Position numbers and translations under genes: made by a program. A DNA stretch of 64,000 nucleotides from an uncultured Desulfospira sp. (GTDB lineage: Bacteria > Desulfobacterota > Desulfobacteria > Desulfobacterales > Desulfobacteraceae), in contig OY760175.1 of the NCBI GenBank assembly GCA_963663165.1, forward strand, positions 4,864,001-4,928,000. The letters run 5' to 3'. Below the pieces are notes generated by a model that worked only from the letters and a program-made list of their open reading frames with translations, was not told where the DNA came from and did no database searches. This document shows positions 9,816 to 19,958 of this stretch, piece after piece (positions within the stretch are counted from its first letter, which is position 1; each line of letters starts with the position of its first letter).

Positions 9816-11090
9816 TTGCGGGCGGTTTGGGGTGGAATAAGCCAAAGCCGCCCGGGGCTGTTATTTGATCATGAGGATGAAACGTTGAATCCGGCAAAAA
9901 AATGTATTCTGCAGAAAGGCAAAGGCAGAACAAGAAAGCTTGCCAAGCTTGAATATTTATACGAAAAAGAGTCTTTGTATTTTGCACAGATATCTGAAAG
10001 CATTAAGGAACTGGCCCTAAACGAGCTCAAAGAACTGAATGCACAGGATCTCAAACCCGTATTCCGGGGCGTCTGGTTCAAGGCGTCAAAGCCCGATTTT
10101 TACCGGATTATATATTATTCCCGGTTGATATCCCGGGTCCTGGCCCCCCTGGCCCAGTTTGACTGCCTGGACAAGGATGAACTTTACCGGCAGGCCAAAA
10201 AAATCCACTGGGAAGAGTTTTTAACCCCGAGAAAGACCTTTGCCGTATCGGCCAATGTGTCCGAATCATCCATTACCCACTCCAATTTTGCAGGGCTGCG
10301 GGTCAAGGATGCCATTGCCGACTACTTCCGGGACAGGACCAACAAACGGCCGAATGTGGATGCCCAGAACCCTTATGTGCTGATCAACGTCCACATTCAT
10401 AAAGACAGGGCCACTTTGTCCGTTGATGCCTCAGGCGGGCCCCTGCACAAACGGGGCTACCGGGAGGAAACCGTGTCCGCCCCCATGCAGGAAACCGTTG
10501 CCGGGGCCATTGTCCGGCTTTCCGAGTGGGACGGCGCCATCCCCCTTTACGATCCCATGTGCGGGTCCGGAACCCTGCTTTGTGAGGCACTGATGCATGT
10601 CTGCGGGATTCCGGCCCAGGTCCTTCGCACGGACTTCGGGTTTGAGCGGCTTCCCGACTTTGACAAGGGGATGTGGGAACAGGTCAAAGCCCGGGCCCGA
10701 GACGATATAAAGGACCTTGTCCCGGGGCTGATTGCCGGCAGTGATATTTCCGAACATGCGGTCGAGGCGGCAAAGACCAATTTGATGGGGCTTCACCACG
10801 GGGGAAAAGTAAGTATTGAATTAAAAGATTTCCATGATATAAATAAACTTGAAGATGTTGTGATTATTACCAATCCACCCTATGGTATTCGGATGGGAAA
10901 AGATCAGAACATGAATGAATTTTATAAAGACCTGGGGCTGTTTTTGCGGGAAAAATGTTCTAAATGCCAGGCCTTTGTGTATTTTGGAGACCCCAAATAC
11001 ATTAAAAAGGTTCCCCTGTCACCCTCCTGGAAACGGCCTTTAAAAATCGGGGGCCTGGACGGAAAACTGGTTAAATATGAACTCTACTGA
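9816..11090 (+). CDS. THUMP-domain class I SAM-dependent RNA methyltransferase (RlmL N-terminal-like); start uncertain, possibly TTG 9885
   Basis: LHKRGYR, AP..ET.A, DPMCGSGT, GSDI, TNPPYG motifs. Confidence 0.9.
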   Translation: MRAVWGGISQSRPGLLFDHEDETLNPAKKCILQKGKGRTRKLAKLEYLYEKESLYFAQISESIKELALNELKELNAQDLKPVFRGVWFKASKPDFYRIIYYSRLISRVLAPLAQFDCLDKDELYRQAKKIHWEEFLTPRKTFAVSANVSESSITHSNFAGLRVKDAIADYFRDRTNKRPNVDAQNPYVLINVHIHKDRATLSVDASGGPLHKRGYREETVSAPMQETVAGAIVRLSEWDGAIPLYDPMCGSGTLLCEALMHVCGIPAQVLRTDFGFERLPDFDKGMWEQVKARARDDIKDLVPGLIAGSDISEHAVEAAKTNLMGLHHGGKVSIELKDFHDINKLEDVVIITNPPYGIRMGKDQNMNEFYKDLGLFLREKCSKCQAFVYFGDPKYIKKVPLSPSWKRPLKIGGLDGKLVKYELY

Positions 11091-11114
11091 AGACGGGTGT
11101 TAGAATAAACGACA

Positions 11115-11285
11115 ATGGAAAATCCTCAGACCGGCACCAGCACATACACATGCACTGATTACAGAGAAGAGATGGTCCTTTTAGGGCTTCAGCGAAGACT
11201 GACCCAAACGGACCTTTCCTTAGAAGAAAAACAAGAGATTTTAAAACAGATCACAGAGGTTGAGAAAAAAATGGGCATGGACTGA
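11115..11285 (+). CDS. Small hypothetical protein (56 aa), not in the ORF track
   Basis: MENPQTGTSTYTCTDYREEMVLLGLQRRLTQTDLSLEEKQEILKQITEVEKKMGMD*; fills the gap between two co-directional genes; coiled-coil pattern. Confidence 0.65.
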   Translation: MENPQTGTSTYTCTDYREEMVLLGLQRRLTQTDLSLEEKQEILKQITEVEKKMGMD

Positions 11286-11310
11286 TGCCAAAAACCTTAA
11301 AAGGTGTAAA

Positions 11311-14300
11311 ATGGCGCTTTCCCACAGTTACCCACAGGCACCGTCTACCAAAATTTACCATGAGCTCATGGGGTCAAAGGTGGCGGACATCCTTCTGGTT
11401 TCCTGCCCCTATGACGCCTTTATCATGGAAGAAGAGGGCCGGCTGTCCAACCGGATCATTCATGAGTACAAGGGCCTGAACCTGTCTAAGCCGCCCCGGC
11501 TGACCTGGGCCTCCTCGGCAAGTGAAGCCTTTGACCTGCTGGAGACCCAAAAATTTAATTTCATCATTGCCATGCCCAGCCTTGACGGCGTGAACGTGTA
11601 TACCTTTGCCCAGCAGGTGAAAGACCGGTATCCCAAGCTTCCCTTTTTCATGCTGCTTCACAATACCTGCGACATTGACCATTTTGTCTGCACAAGCCCC
11701 GGCACAGCTATTGCCCGGACCTATATCTGGGGCGGCAATGCCGATCTGCTGCTGGCCATTATCAAAAATTTTGAAGATGAAATGAATGTGGCCTTTGATA
11801 CCCGGAAGGCCAGGGTCAGGGTCATTATCATGGTGGAGGATTCCCCCCACCATTATTCTGCTTTGTTGCCGGTTCTGTACAAGCAGATTGTGCTTCAGAC
11901 CCAGTCCGTGATTGAAGAATCCATTAACGAAGAAGACCGGCTGCTCAAAATGAGGGGGCGGCCCAAAATTCTGGTGGCCCATGATTATGAGGGGGCCCTG
12001 GCCCTTTATACACGGTATCGTCCCTATGTGCTGTCTGTTTTTTCAGACATGCGGTATCCCCGCAAGGGAAAGGTGGACGAGTTTGCAGGGGTTAAGCTGC
12101 TCAAAAAGATCAAGGCGGATATCCCGGACCTGCCGGTTCTTCTGTTGAGTACCGAGGACCAGGCCAGGCAAAAGGCCTCAGAAATCCCCGCCGTCTTCAT
12201 CAACAAAAATGCCAGCGACCTCAACGACCGGATCAAGAGTTTTTTTGCCGGCAGCCTGGGGTTTGGGGCCTTTGTCTTCAAGACCCCCCAGGGACAGGAG
12301 ATTGCCCGGGCCAGTGATTTAAGGGCCATTGAAAAGCTGATCCCTGAAATCCCGGACGAGTCAGTTGCCCGGCATGCGAAAAACAATGACTTTTCACGCT
12401 GGCTCATGGCCCGCAGCGAAATTGACCTGGCCTTGAGTTTAAGGCCATATACCATTTACGATTTCCCTGATCCCGGCGCCTTAAAACGGTTTCTGGCCGA
12501 AAGTATCCGGGCCAGAAGAAAGGGAACCCGCCAGGGCCAGGTGATTGACTTTGATTCCGGAAAGTTTGATCCGGATACGGATTTTATGAAAATCGGGGCC
12601 GGTTCTCTAGGGGGAAAGGCCAGAGGTCTTGCCTTTATGGCCTCCCAGCTCAAACAGGACGATTCCTTGAGCCAAAAATTCCCGGATGTGGATATCAGTA
12701 TTCCCCAGACCTTTGTCATCTCAACAGACGGGTTTAAATCCTTTATTGAAAAGAACGACCTGGCCGGCCTGTTAAAATCAGAAAAACAGGCCCGGGATCA
12801 GGACATGATCCGCCGTTTTGTAAAGGCGGAGTTCCCCGAACGGCTCAGGCAGCAGCTCAGGGTTTACCTTGAAAACATCCATTACCCCATTGCGGTCCGG
12901 TCGTCTTCCTTATTTGAAGATGCCCATTACCAGCCCTTTGCCGGCCTTTACAAAACCTATATGCTGCCCAATTCTCATTCCGATCTTGAGGTCCGCCTGG
13001 ACCGGCTGATCATGGCCGTTAAAATGGTGTATGCCTCAACCTATCTGGCGGCCCCCCGGTCTTATGCGAAAAGCACCATGCACCGGACCGAAGACGAAGA
13101 AATGGCCGTGATCCTCCAGCAGATGACGGGCAAAGCGTACAAGAATTATTTTTATCCATCCATTTCCGGTGTGGCCCAGTCCTATAATTTTTATCCCATT
13201 GCCCACCTGAAAGCCGAAGGCGGCATCTCCCATATTGCCCTGGGGCTTGGGAAAATCGTAATGGAAGGCGGCCAGACCTTGCGGTTCTGCCCTGACTTTC
13301 CTACCTTTTTACCCCAGTTCTCCATGGTCAACGATATTCTGGAAAATTCCCAGAAATATTTTTATGCCTTGAGAACCGATAAGTTCCCTGGAAAAGATCA
13401 GCTGATTTCCGATTCTTCCGAGGATACGGCCCTGATCAAACTTGAGATCGACCAGGCCCGGGACCACCCGTCTGTTCAGGCCCTTTGCTCCACCTATTAC
13501 TCCCAGGACAACCGGATCAGGGACGGGTTTTCCAATAAAGGATTTCCTGTATTGACCTTTGCCGATATTCTCAAATATAATAGTTTTCCACTGGCCCGGA
13601 TTCTGTCCGAAGTCACCCGCATGGGACAAAAATGGATGGGGACCTCTGTGGAAGTTGAATTTGCCGTTAACCTTAACGGCCCGCCGGGCCGGGAAGACAG
13701 TGAGGGCAAACCGGAATTTTCCCTTCTCCAGATCAGGCCAATGGGCCGGTACCGGCAGAACCTTGGGGTAACCATTTCCCCCGAAGATATTAAAAGGGCT
13801 TTTTGCTATTCTACTTGTTCTCTTGGAAACGGGGAATACAAGGATATTTACGATATCGTCTATGTGGACCCGGACCGGTTTGATCCGGCCAAAACCATGG
13901 AGATCACCCGGGAGATCAACCAGATCAACGCCGGGTTCAGCCATGGGGGCGGCAAATACGTTCTGGTGGGGCCCGGCCGGTGGGGATCGTCTGACCGGTG
14001 GTTAGGGATTCCCGTGGTCTGGAACGATATCTCCAATGTCGGGGTAATGGTGGAAACCACCATTGAGAGTATTAAGGCTGATCCGTCCCAGGGATCACAT
14101 TTTTTCCAAAACATTACCTCTTTGGGGATTAGTTATGTTACTGTATTGGATAAGGGCGACGATTTTATCAACTATGATTTTTTTAAGCAACGGGAATGCC
14201 GGGCCAAGACCCGGTATTTAAGGCATATCCGGTTTGAGGACCCCATTCGGATACTAGTGGACGGCAAAACCTCAACATCCGTGATGATGCCCTGTGCCCC

Positions 14301-14343
14301 GGATGAGGGCGAGGACATTATGGCGGATATTCCCGTGACCTGA
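11311..14343 (+). CDS. Receiver-like domains fused to a PEP/pyruvate-binding (PPDK_N, ATP-grasp) domain
   Basis: N-terminal receiver-like folds; SLGGKARGL, AVRSSSLFED, FAGLY.T, EVEFAV, LLQIRP; GPGRWGS; no phospho-His domain seen. Confidence 0.85.
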   Translation: MALSHSYPQAPSTKIYHELMGSKVADILLVSCPYDAFIMEEEGRLSNRIIHEYKGLNLSKPPRLTWASSASEAFDLLETQKFNFIIAMPSLDGVNVYTFAQQVKDRYPKLPFFMLLHNTCDIDHFVCTSPGTAIARTYIWGGNADLLLAIIKNFEDEMNVAFDTRKARVRVIIMVEDSPHHYSALLPVLYKQIVLQTQSVIEESINEEDRLLKMRGRPKILVAHDYEGALALYTRYRPYVLSVFSDMRYPRKGKVDEFAGVKLLKKIKADIPDLPVLLLSTEDQARQKASEIPAVFINKNASDLNDRIKSFFAGSLGFGAFVFKTPQGQEIARASDLRAIEKLIPEIPDESVARHAKNNDFSRWLMARSEIDLALSLRPYTIYDFPDPGALKRFLAESIRARRKGTRQGQVIDFDSGKFDPDTDFMKIGAGSLGGKARGLAFMASQLKQDDSLSQKFPDVDISIPQTFVISTDGFKSFIEKNDLAGLLKSEKQARDQDMIRRFVKAEFPERLRQQLRVYLENIHYPIAVRSSSLFEDAHYQPFAGLYKTYMLPNSHSDLEVRLDRLIMAVKMVYASTYLAAPRSYAKSTMHRTEDEEMAVILQQMTGKAYKNYFYPSISGVAQSYNFYPIAHLKAEGGISHIALGLGKIVMEGGQTLRFCPDFPTFLPQFSMVNDILENSQKYFYALRTDKFPGKDQLISDSSEDTALIKLEIDQARDHPSVQALCSTYYSQDNRIRDGFSNKGFPVLTFADILKYNSFPLARILSEVTRMGQKWMGTSVEVEFAVNLNGPPGREDSEGKPEFSLLQIRPMGRYRQNLGVTISPEDIKRAFCYSTCSLGNGEYKDIYDIVYVDPDRFDPAKTMEITREINQINAGFSHGGGKYVLVGPGRWGSSDRWLGIPVVWNDISNVGVMVETTIESIKADPSQGSHFFQNITSLGISYVTVLDKGDDFINYDFFKQRECRAKTRYLRHIRFEDPIRILVDGKTSTSVMMPCAPDEGEDIMADIPVT

Positions 14344-14400
14344 AAATTGAGGCCGGCCAGAGGGCCGGTTTACCATATGTGAAATTAACCATTAATTATT

Positions 14401-14508
14401 GTAACTGTTCAGCAGTGCCCCATCTTCGCTCATTCAGGCCTTCTCACATAGCAACAGTATGCTACGAAGGCCTGACTAAACAAATATGAAGCACTGATGA
14501 ACAGTTAC
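14401..14508. repeat. 108-bp fold-back element (MITE/REP-like)
   Basis: GTAACTGTTCAGCAGTGC ... GCACTGATGAACAGTTAC ends, internal stem TCAGGCCTTC/GAAGGCCTGA; extra half-end GCTGAATAGTTAC at 14540-14552. Confidence 0.7.
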
Positions 14509-14620
14509 GGACCCTGGTTTTGTTTAGTTTTCAGCATTAGCTGAATAGTTACTAATTATTAAGGCTTTCCGTTCCTGTAGGGAAGGCGGCAGGCCGATCG
14601 ACGTCAAAGGCGGGTATGGC

Positions 14621-15889
14621 ATGAGAATTCTAATTGTGGACGATGAGAATATTTCACGGAGAACTCTGGCGAAAAAGGTGGAAAGCCTGGGGGAATGTAC
14701 CTGTGTCGACAGCTCAAAACAGGCCCTGGAACTTTTTGACAAGTCCCTGGAGGACAACGCTCATTTTGATTTGATCACCCTTGACGTATCCATGCCCCAC
14801 ATGGACGGCCGGGAGCTGCTCAAAGAAATCAGGAAAAAAGAGCTTAAACTTAAATTGCCGCCCCCAAAGCGGGTAAAGGTCATCATGGTCACGGCCAAGA
14901 TGAACATGTCCACCATCAAAGAGTGTATTAAGCTGGGCTGCAACGGGTATCTGGCCAAACCCGTCACCCGGTACCAGCTCATGGAAAACTTAGGCAAACT
15001 CGGGTTTGAAATTCCGGAGAAGCTGATGGGGCAGGACGACAGCAGCCATGCCCAGGTGGTTGCCGAGCTCATTCAAAAATTTTATCAGGGGGGCATTTCG
15101 TTGCCCATATTCCCCAAAATCGCCCGGGAGATTCCCCCTCTTTTCAAAGACAGGGACCCTACTGTAGAAGAATTGGAAGCCGTGGTTAAAAAAGATATTT
15201 TTATCATGGCCAAGATGATATCCATTGCCAACTCTTCTCTTTACAAGGATATGCCCCCTGTGGCCACCCTGAGGGCGGGCCTGGAACGGCTGGGGATCCA
15301 AACCATCAAGACCATTATATCCAGAGTGGCTGTCAAGAATCTTTACGAGACAAAAAGTGAACCGCTCACCGCCCAGATGGAAAAAATTTGGCTGCATTCC
15401 ATGGCAGCGGCGGTTATCGCCCAGGGGCTTGCCAAAGAACGGAATATGGAAAACCTGGACGAAATTTTTCTAATGGGCATGGTACACGACATCGGCAAGG
15501 TTTTATTGTACAGCTCATTTGTGGAAATGTCGCCGGACCACGCCCTTGATGATCCCGGCCTGGATACGGCGATTCACGAAATCCATACCACCTTTGGCGC
15601 GGCCCTGCTCAAAAGGCTCCGCTTCCCGGCGTCTTTTGTCCAGATGGCGGAATTCCACCACTGGGAGGCGTACTCAGAAGGGATAGAGCCTGAACTGATG
15701 ATCATCAGCCTGTCCGACCATCTGGCGGACGGCCTGGGATACACCAGCATCGGGGATCCTTTTGAACTCTCGGTTGACCATATCAAGGACCTCTCTGCGG
15801 TCAAACACTTGGGGCTTGCCCCTGAAAAGGTTATGGAAATCACCCAAAACAGCAAAGAGCTCATTGAAGAGACCCGCCAGGGCTTTTAA
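14621..15889 (+). CDS. Response regulator with HDOD (HD-type) output domain
   Basis: ILIVDD, LDVSMP.MDG, YLAKP receiver; ANSS, WLHS, HDIGK, FHH HDOD motifs. Confidence 0.9.
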   Translation: MRILIVDDENISRRTLAKKVESLGECTCVDSSKQALELFDKSLEDNAHFDLITLDVSMPHMDGRELLKEIRKKELKLKLPPPKRVKVIMVTAKMNMSTIKECIKLGCNGYLAKPVTRYQLMENLGKLGFEIPEKLMGQDDSSHAQVVAELIQKFYQGGISLPIFPKIAREIPPLFKDRDPTVEELEAVVKKDIFIMAKMISIANSSLYKDMPPVATLRAGLERLGIQTIKTIISRVAVKNLYETKSEPLTAQMEKIWLHSMAAAVIAQGLAKERNMENLDEIFLMGMVHDIGKVLLYSSFVEMSPDHALDDPGLDTAIHEIHTTFGAALLKRLRFPASFVQMAEFHHWEAYSEGIEPELMIISLSDHLADGLGYTSIGDPFELSVDHIKDLSAVKHLGLAPEKVMEITQNSKELIEETRQGF

Positions 15890-15891
15890 TT

Positions 15892-16497
15892 ATGAATCAA
15901 ACAGAACTGATCAAGGGATTCATTGAAAAAGCTGAACTGGTGTCTGCCCGGGTGGTCCGGGTGGACAGCCTTGATCAGGCATTTGAACAGGCTGTTGAGA
16001 TCTGCCGGGAAAAGCCGCCTTTGGACCCGTTGATGGATAACGGGCCGTCTTCGGCATCAGACCTTAAAATCATGGCCGCCCCCAACCTGGATGAAGACAC
16101 TTATGCCGGGCTGTCCAAGGCCGTAAGCCGCCACCCGGATATTCACCTGATCCGGGACCATCTCAGGGATTATCCCGGCGGGATTGATATGGGGCTTACC
16201 CTGATGGACGCCGGCATTGCCGAGACCGGAACCCTGGTGCTCAATTGTGATTCTGAAGAGACCCGCCTTTGCACCATGCTGTGTGAGATCCATGGGGCCG
16301 CTGTTTTTGAATCCGATATCCGGCCCACCGCCCTTTCCATGGCCGACGACTTAACGGCCAGGGTAACACCGGCCCATTCCTATACAGCGTTTATCACCGG
16401 CGCCAGCCGGACCGCCGATATTGAGCGGGTCCTGGCCATTGGTGTCCACGGTCCCCTGGAACTTTTCATTTTTCTGATAAGGGGGAATGGCGCATGA
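15892..16497 (+). CDS. lutC: Lactate utilization protein LutC/YkgG (LUD domain)
   Basis: GIAETGTLV and FITGASRTADIE..L.IGVHGP motifs; overlaps the next gene by ATGA. Confidence 0.85.
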   Translation: MNQTELIKGFIEKAELVSARVVRVDSLDQAFEQAVEICREKPPLDPLMDNGPSSASDLKIMAAPNLDEDTYAGLSKAVSRHPDIHLIRDHLRDYPGGIDMGLTLMDAGIAETGTLVLNCDSEETRLCTMLCEIHGAAVFESDIRPTALSMADDLTARVTPAHSYTAFITGASRTADIERVLAIGVHGPLELFIFLIRGNGA

Positions 16498-18626
16498 CCT
16501 CATCAGAAAGCCCGGCATCCTATAAATCCCGCCTGGATCAGGCCCTGAAGAATGAGTTTTTAAGAACCGCCATGGACAAGTTCGCCGTGTCCTACCGGGC
16601 CTCCCGGGAAAACGCCTTTGCCGGCATTGACCTGGACGGCCTGATCAATGAAGTGGCGGATATAAAAGCTAAGGCCATCCGGAATATGGACGCCCTTTTA
16701 GAAGAATTTACCCGGAAAGCAATGGCGGCCGGGGCTAATGTCCATGTGGCCCAAACGGCTGAAGACGCCAACCGGATCATTGCTGATATTGCCCAGGACA
16801 CCGGCTCTCTTCGGATCATCAAATCAAAGTCCATGACCGCCGAGGAGATCCACTTAAACCAATGGCTGGAAAACTCAGGGATAGAGGTCACAGAAACCGA
16901 TTTGGGGGAATGGATTGTCCAGCTGAGAAAAGAGGGTCCTTCCCACATGGTCATGCCGGCCATTCACCTGTCCCGGCACCAGGTGGCCAACCTGTTTTCC
17001 CAGGTCACGGGAAAGGAACAGGACCCGGAAATTGAGCGGCTGGTCAAGGTGGCCCGGAAAAATTTAAGGGAAAAATTTGTCCAGGCGGATTTAGGCATCA
17101 CCGGGGCCAACTATGCCCTGGCCGATACCGGCACCATCGGCATCGCTACCAATGAAGGCAATGCCCGCCTGGTCTCCACCCTGCCAAAGGTCCATGTGGT
17201 GGTTTTAGGCCTTGACAAGCTGCTGCCGTCCATTAAAGAGGCCTTAACCATTAACCGGGTCCTGCCAAGGAATGCCACAGGTCAGGCCATTACCTCCTAT
17301 GTGACCTGGATCACAGGGCCCAGCGAATGCAAGCCGGCCCCGGGCGGGAAACGTCAGATGCACATTGTGTTCATCGACAACGGCCGGCGGAAAATCGCAC
17401 AAGATCCCGTATTTTCCCAGGTGCTCCACTGTGTCCGCTGCGGGGCCTGCGCCAATGTCTGCCCGGTTTACCGGATGGTGGGGGGGCATCAGCTCGGGTA
17501 CATTTATATTGGTGCCATCGGCCTGATCACCACCTATTTTTTCCACGGCAGGGAACATGCCCGGAACCTGGTCCAGAACTGCACCAACTGCGGGGCCTGC
17601 AAAACAGTCTGTTCGGCCGGCATTGATCTTCCCTGGCTGATCAAGGAGGTTCATGCCCGGATTCAGGATGAAGAGGGGCACCCCTTAAAGAGCCTTCTGC
17701 TGGCCAAGGTCTTGAAAAACCGTAAACTGTTCCATGCCCTGCTGCGGAGCGCGAGCCTGGCCCAAAAGCCTTTTACCGGCAACACCCCATACCTTCGCCA
17801 TCTGCCCATGGTTTTTTCAAAAGAGCATAATTTCAGGGTGCTGCCGGCCATTGCCAAAACCCCTTTCCGGGACCGGTTTGTGAAATTGAATGCCCCGGTC
17901 ACCTCCCCGGCGGTTAAAATTGCCCTGTTTTCAGGCTGTGTCCAGGATTTTGTCTACCCCGAGCATCTTGAAGCGGCCATGCGGGGCTTTTCCCAGAATA
18001 ACGTGGCGGTCCGCTTTCCCATGGGTCAGACCTGCTGCGGTCTTCCGGCGGTAAGCATGGGGGAAATGGACGCGGCCCGGGATGCCGGTCTTCAAAATAT
18101 AGACGCCTTTGAAGATGCGGGCGTGGATTATATTGTGACCCTGTGCGCGTCCTGCGCCTCCCATCTTAAACACGGCATGCCCCATCTGGTGAAGGATGGT
18201 GATGCCCAAAGGGCCCGGGAATTCAGTGAAAAGGTCCTGTCTTACAGCCAGTTCATGGACAGGATTTTTAAAAAAGAGGGGCGCCCAGGCCCGGGAAAGA
18301 AAACCGCCTTTCATTCCCCCTGCCACCTTTGCCGGGGCATGGGGGTGAAACAAGCGCCCCGGACCCTGATTGAAAATTCCGGGAACACCTATGTTCCCAC
18401 GGCAGAAGAGGAAACCTGCTGCGGTTTCGGAGGCAGCTTTACCGCCAATTTTCCGGCCGTGTCCAGTGAAATCCTGAACAAAAAACTTGAGGATGTTGAG
18501 ACCTCCGGGGCTAAACTGCTGGTCACCGAGTGTCCCGGCTGCGTGATGCAGCTTCAAGGCGGGGCCATGAAGCAGAACCGCAACTTCAAAGTGATGCACA
18601 TCGCCGAACTGCTATACCCGGAATAA
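16494..18626 (+). CDS. ldhH: L-lactate dehydrogenase large Fe-S subunit (LutB plus CCG domains)
   Basis: KSKSM, ETDLGE, PSHMVMPAIH; two CxxCxxCxxxC ferredoxin motifs; two CCG domains. Confidence 0.9.
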   Translation: MTSSESPASYKSRLDQALKNEFLRTAMDKFAVSYRASRENAFAGIDLDGLINEVADIKAKAIRNMDALLEEFTRKAMAAGANVHVAQTAEDANRIIADIAQDTGSLRIIKSKSMTAEEIHLNQWLENSGIEVTETDLGEWIVQLRKEGPSHMVMPAIHLSRHQVANLFSQVTGKEQDPEIERLVKVARKNLREKFVQADLGITGANYALADTGTIGIATNEGNARLVSTLPKVHVVVLGLDKLLPSIKEALTINRVLPRNATGQAITSYVTWITGPSECKPAPGGKRQMHIVFIDNGRRKIAQDPVFSQVLHCVRCGACANVCPVYRMVGGHQLGYIYIGAIGLITTYFFHGREHARNLVQNCTNCGACKTVCSAGIDLPWLIKEVHARIQDEEGHPLKSLLLAKVLKNRKLFHALLRSASLAQKPFTGNTPYLRHLPMVFSKEHNFRVLPAIAKTPFRDRFVKLNAPVTSPAVKIALFSGCVQDFVYPEHLEAAMRGFSQNNVAVRFPMGQTCCGLPAVSMGEMDAARDAGLQNIDAFEDAGVDYIVTLCASCASHLKHGMPHLVKDGDAQRAREFSEKVLSYSQFMDRIFKKEGRPGPGKKTAFHSPCHLCRGMGVKQAPRTLIENSGNTYVPTAEEETCCGFGGSFTANFPAVSSEILNKKLEDVETSGAKLLVTECPGCVMQLQGGAMKQNRNFKVMHIAELLYPE

Positions 18627-18770
18627 CGGGCTTCGGCTTCTAAAAAATAAGACCAGCGTAACCGGATTTATAATAAACTTAATCTTCAATAAACCTGAAC
18701 GGAGACCGGATGCGCGCCTCCAAGGGAACCCGGCATCCGGCAGCTATCGTTACATTTTTGGTCAATGCAA

Positions 18771-18823
18771 GGTTGGAGCGGGCCATGCCCGCGATCGAAT
18801 CGCGGGCATGGCCCGCTCCAACC
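18771..18823. repeat. REP-like doublet (perfect 25-bp inverted repeat)
   Basis: GGTTGGAGCGGGCCATGCCCGCGAT-cga-ATCGCGGGCATGGCCCGCTCCAACC; each arm has an internal GCGGGC..GCCCGC palindrome. Confidence 0.8.
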
Positions 18824-19033
18824 CTACCGCTCAAACCAGGGAACTTGACGGTTTCGGTCTCCCGCCGCCTTTTCTCCGGTTTCCGTTTTTTACATTTACA
18901 AATGATTTCAAAATATCATGCCGGATTATAAATTCGATTACCCTGAAAATAAGGTTCTATCCCCTTGACAAAACAATATAAAGTTGCAATGGTTTAACCA
19001 TTGATATATGAAATTAAATGCAGGAGATCGGCC

Positions 19034-19945
19034 ATGATCAATAAACTCATCAGCAACATCCTTCCCCACATGCCGGAAAAACTGGTATGGATGGTTTCAA
19101 AAAATTATATTGCGGGTAAATCCGTTCAGGATGTTTCTGCAGCATGCCTTGACCTGAACCAAAATCAGGTCATGGTCACCATTGATATTCTCGGGGAGTT
19201 TATTGAAACCCTTGACCAGGCCAAGGCCAATATGGATGAATACGTGGCGCTGATCCACGCCATTCAGGAGCAGAACATCAACGGCAACTACTCGGTCAAA
19301 CCCACCATGTTCGGGTTGCTTTTGGACGAGGAAGCCTGCTATCAGCACATCCGGGAAATTGTCAAAACCGCTGCCGCCCACAACAATTTTATCCGCATTG
19401 ACATGGAAGACTCCCCCTGTGTGGACAAGTCCATTGCCCTGTTCCGGCGGATCAAGGCAGAGTTTCCTGAAAACATTGGCCTGGTCCTCCAGGCCTATCT
19501 GAAAAGGACCCTGTCCGACATTGAGTCCATGCTGGATTTGAAAACCGAATCTCAGGACTTGAATTTTCGCCTGGTCAAGGGAATTTATATTGAGCCGGCC
19601 GCCATTGCCTATAAAGATCCGGCGCAAATCAATGCCCATTTTATGGAAGACCTTGAATTTATGATCAAAAACGGGGTCTATGCCGCCATTGCCACCCATG
19701 ATAAGGCCTTAATCGACGGGGCCCTTGACTTGATTCAAAAATACGATCTGGCCAAAGACCGGTACGAATTTCAGATGCTTTACGGGGTTACCCCGGGCCT
19801 TCGCTCCGAGTTGGTGGGTGCCGGCCATCCCATGCGGGTATATGTCCCTTACGGCGAACACTGGTTTGGCTATTCCACCCGGCGGCTCAAAGAAAACCCC
19901 TATATTGTCAAGCACATTGTCAAGGCGGTGTTTTATAAAGGATAA
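19034..19945 (+). CDS. Monofunctional proline dehydrogenase
   Basis: YIAG, DILGE, RIDMED, LQAYL, RLVKGIY.E, IATHD, FQMLYG, RVYVPYG, YSTRRLKE; AGGAG RBS. Confidence 0.93.
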   Translation: MINKLISNILPHMPEKLVWMVSKNYIAGKSVQDVSAACLDLNQNQVMVTIDILGEFIETLDQAKANMDEYVALIHAIQEQNINGNYSVKPTMFGLLLDEEACYQHIREIVKTAAAHNNFIRIDMEDSPCVDKSIALFRRIKAEFPENIGLVLQAYLKRTLSDIESMLDLKTESQDLNFRLVKGIYIEPAAIAYKDPAQINAHFMEDLEFMIKNGVYAAIATHDKALIDGALDLIQKYDLAKDRYEFQMLYGVTPGLRSELVGAGHPMRVYVPYGEHWFGYSTRRLKENPYIVKHIVKAVFYKG

Positions 19946-19958
19946 GGGCTCGACGTCA

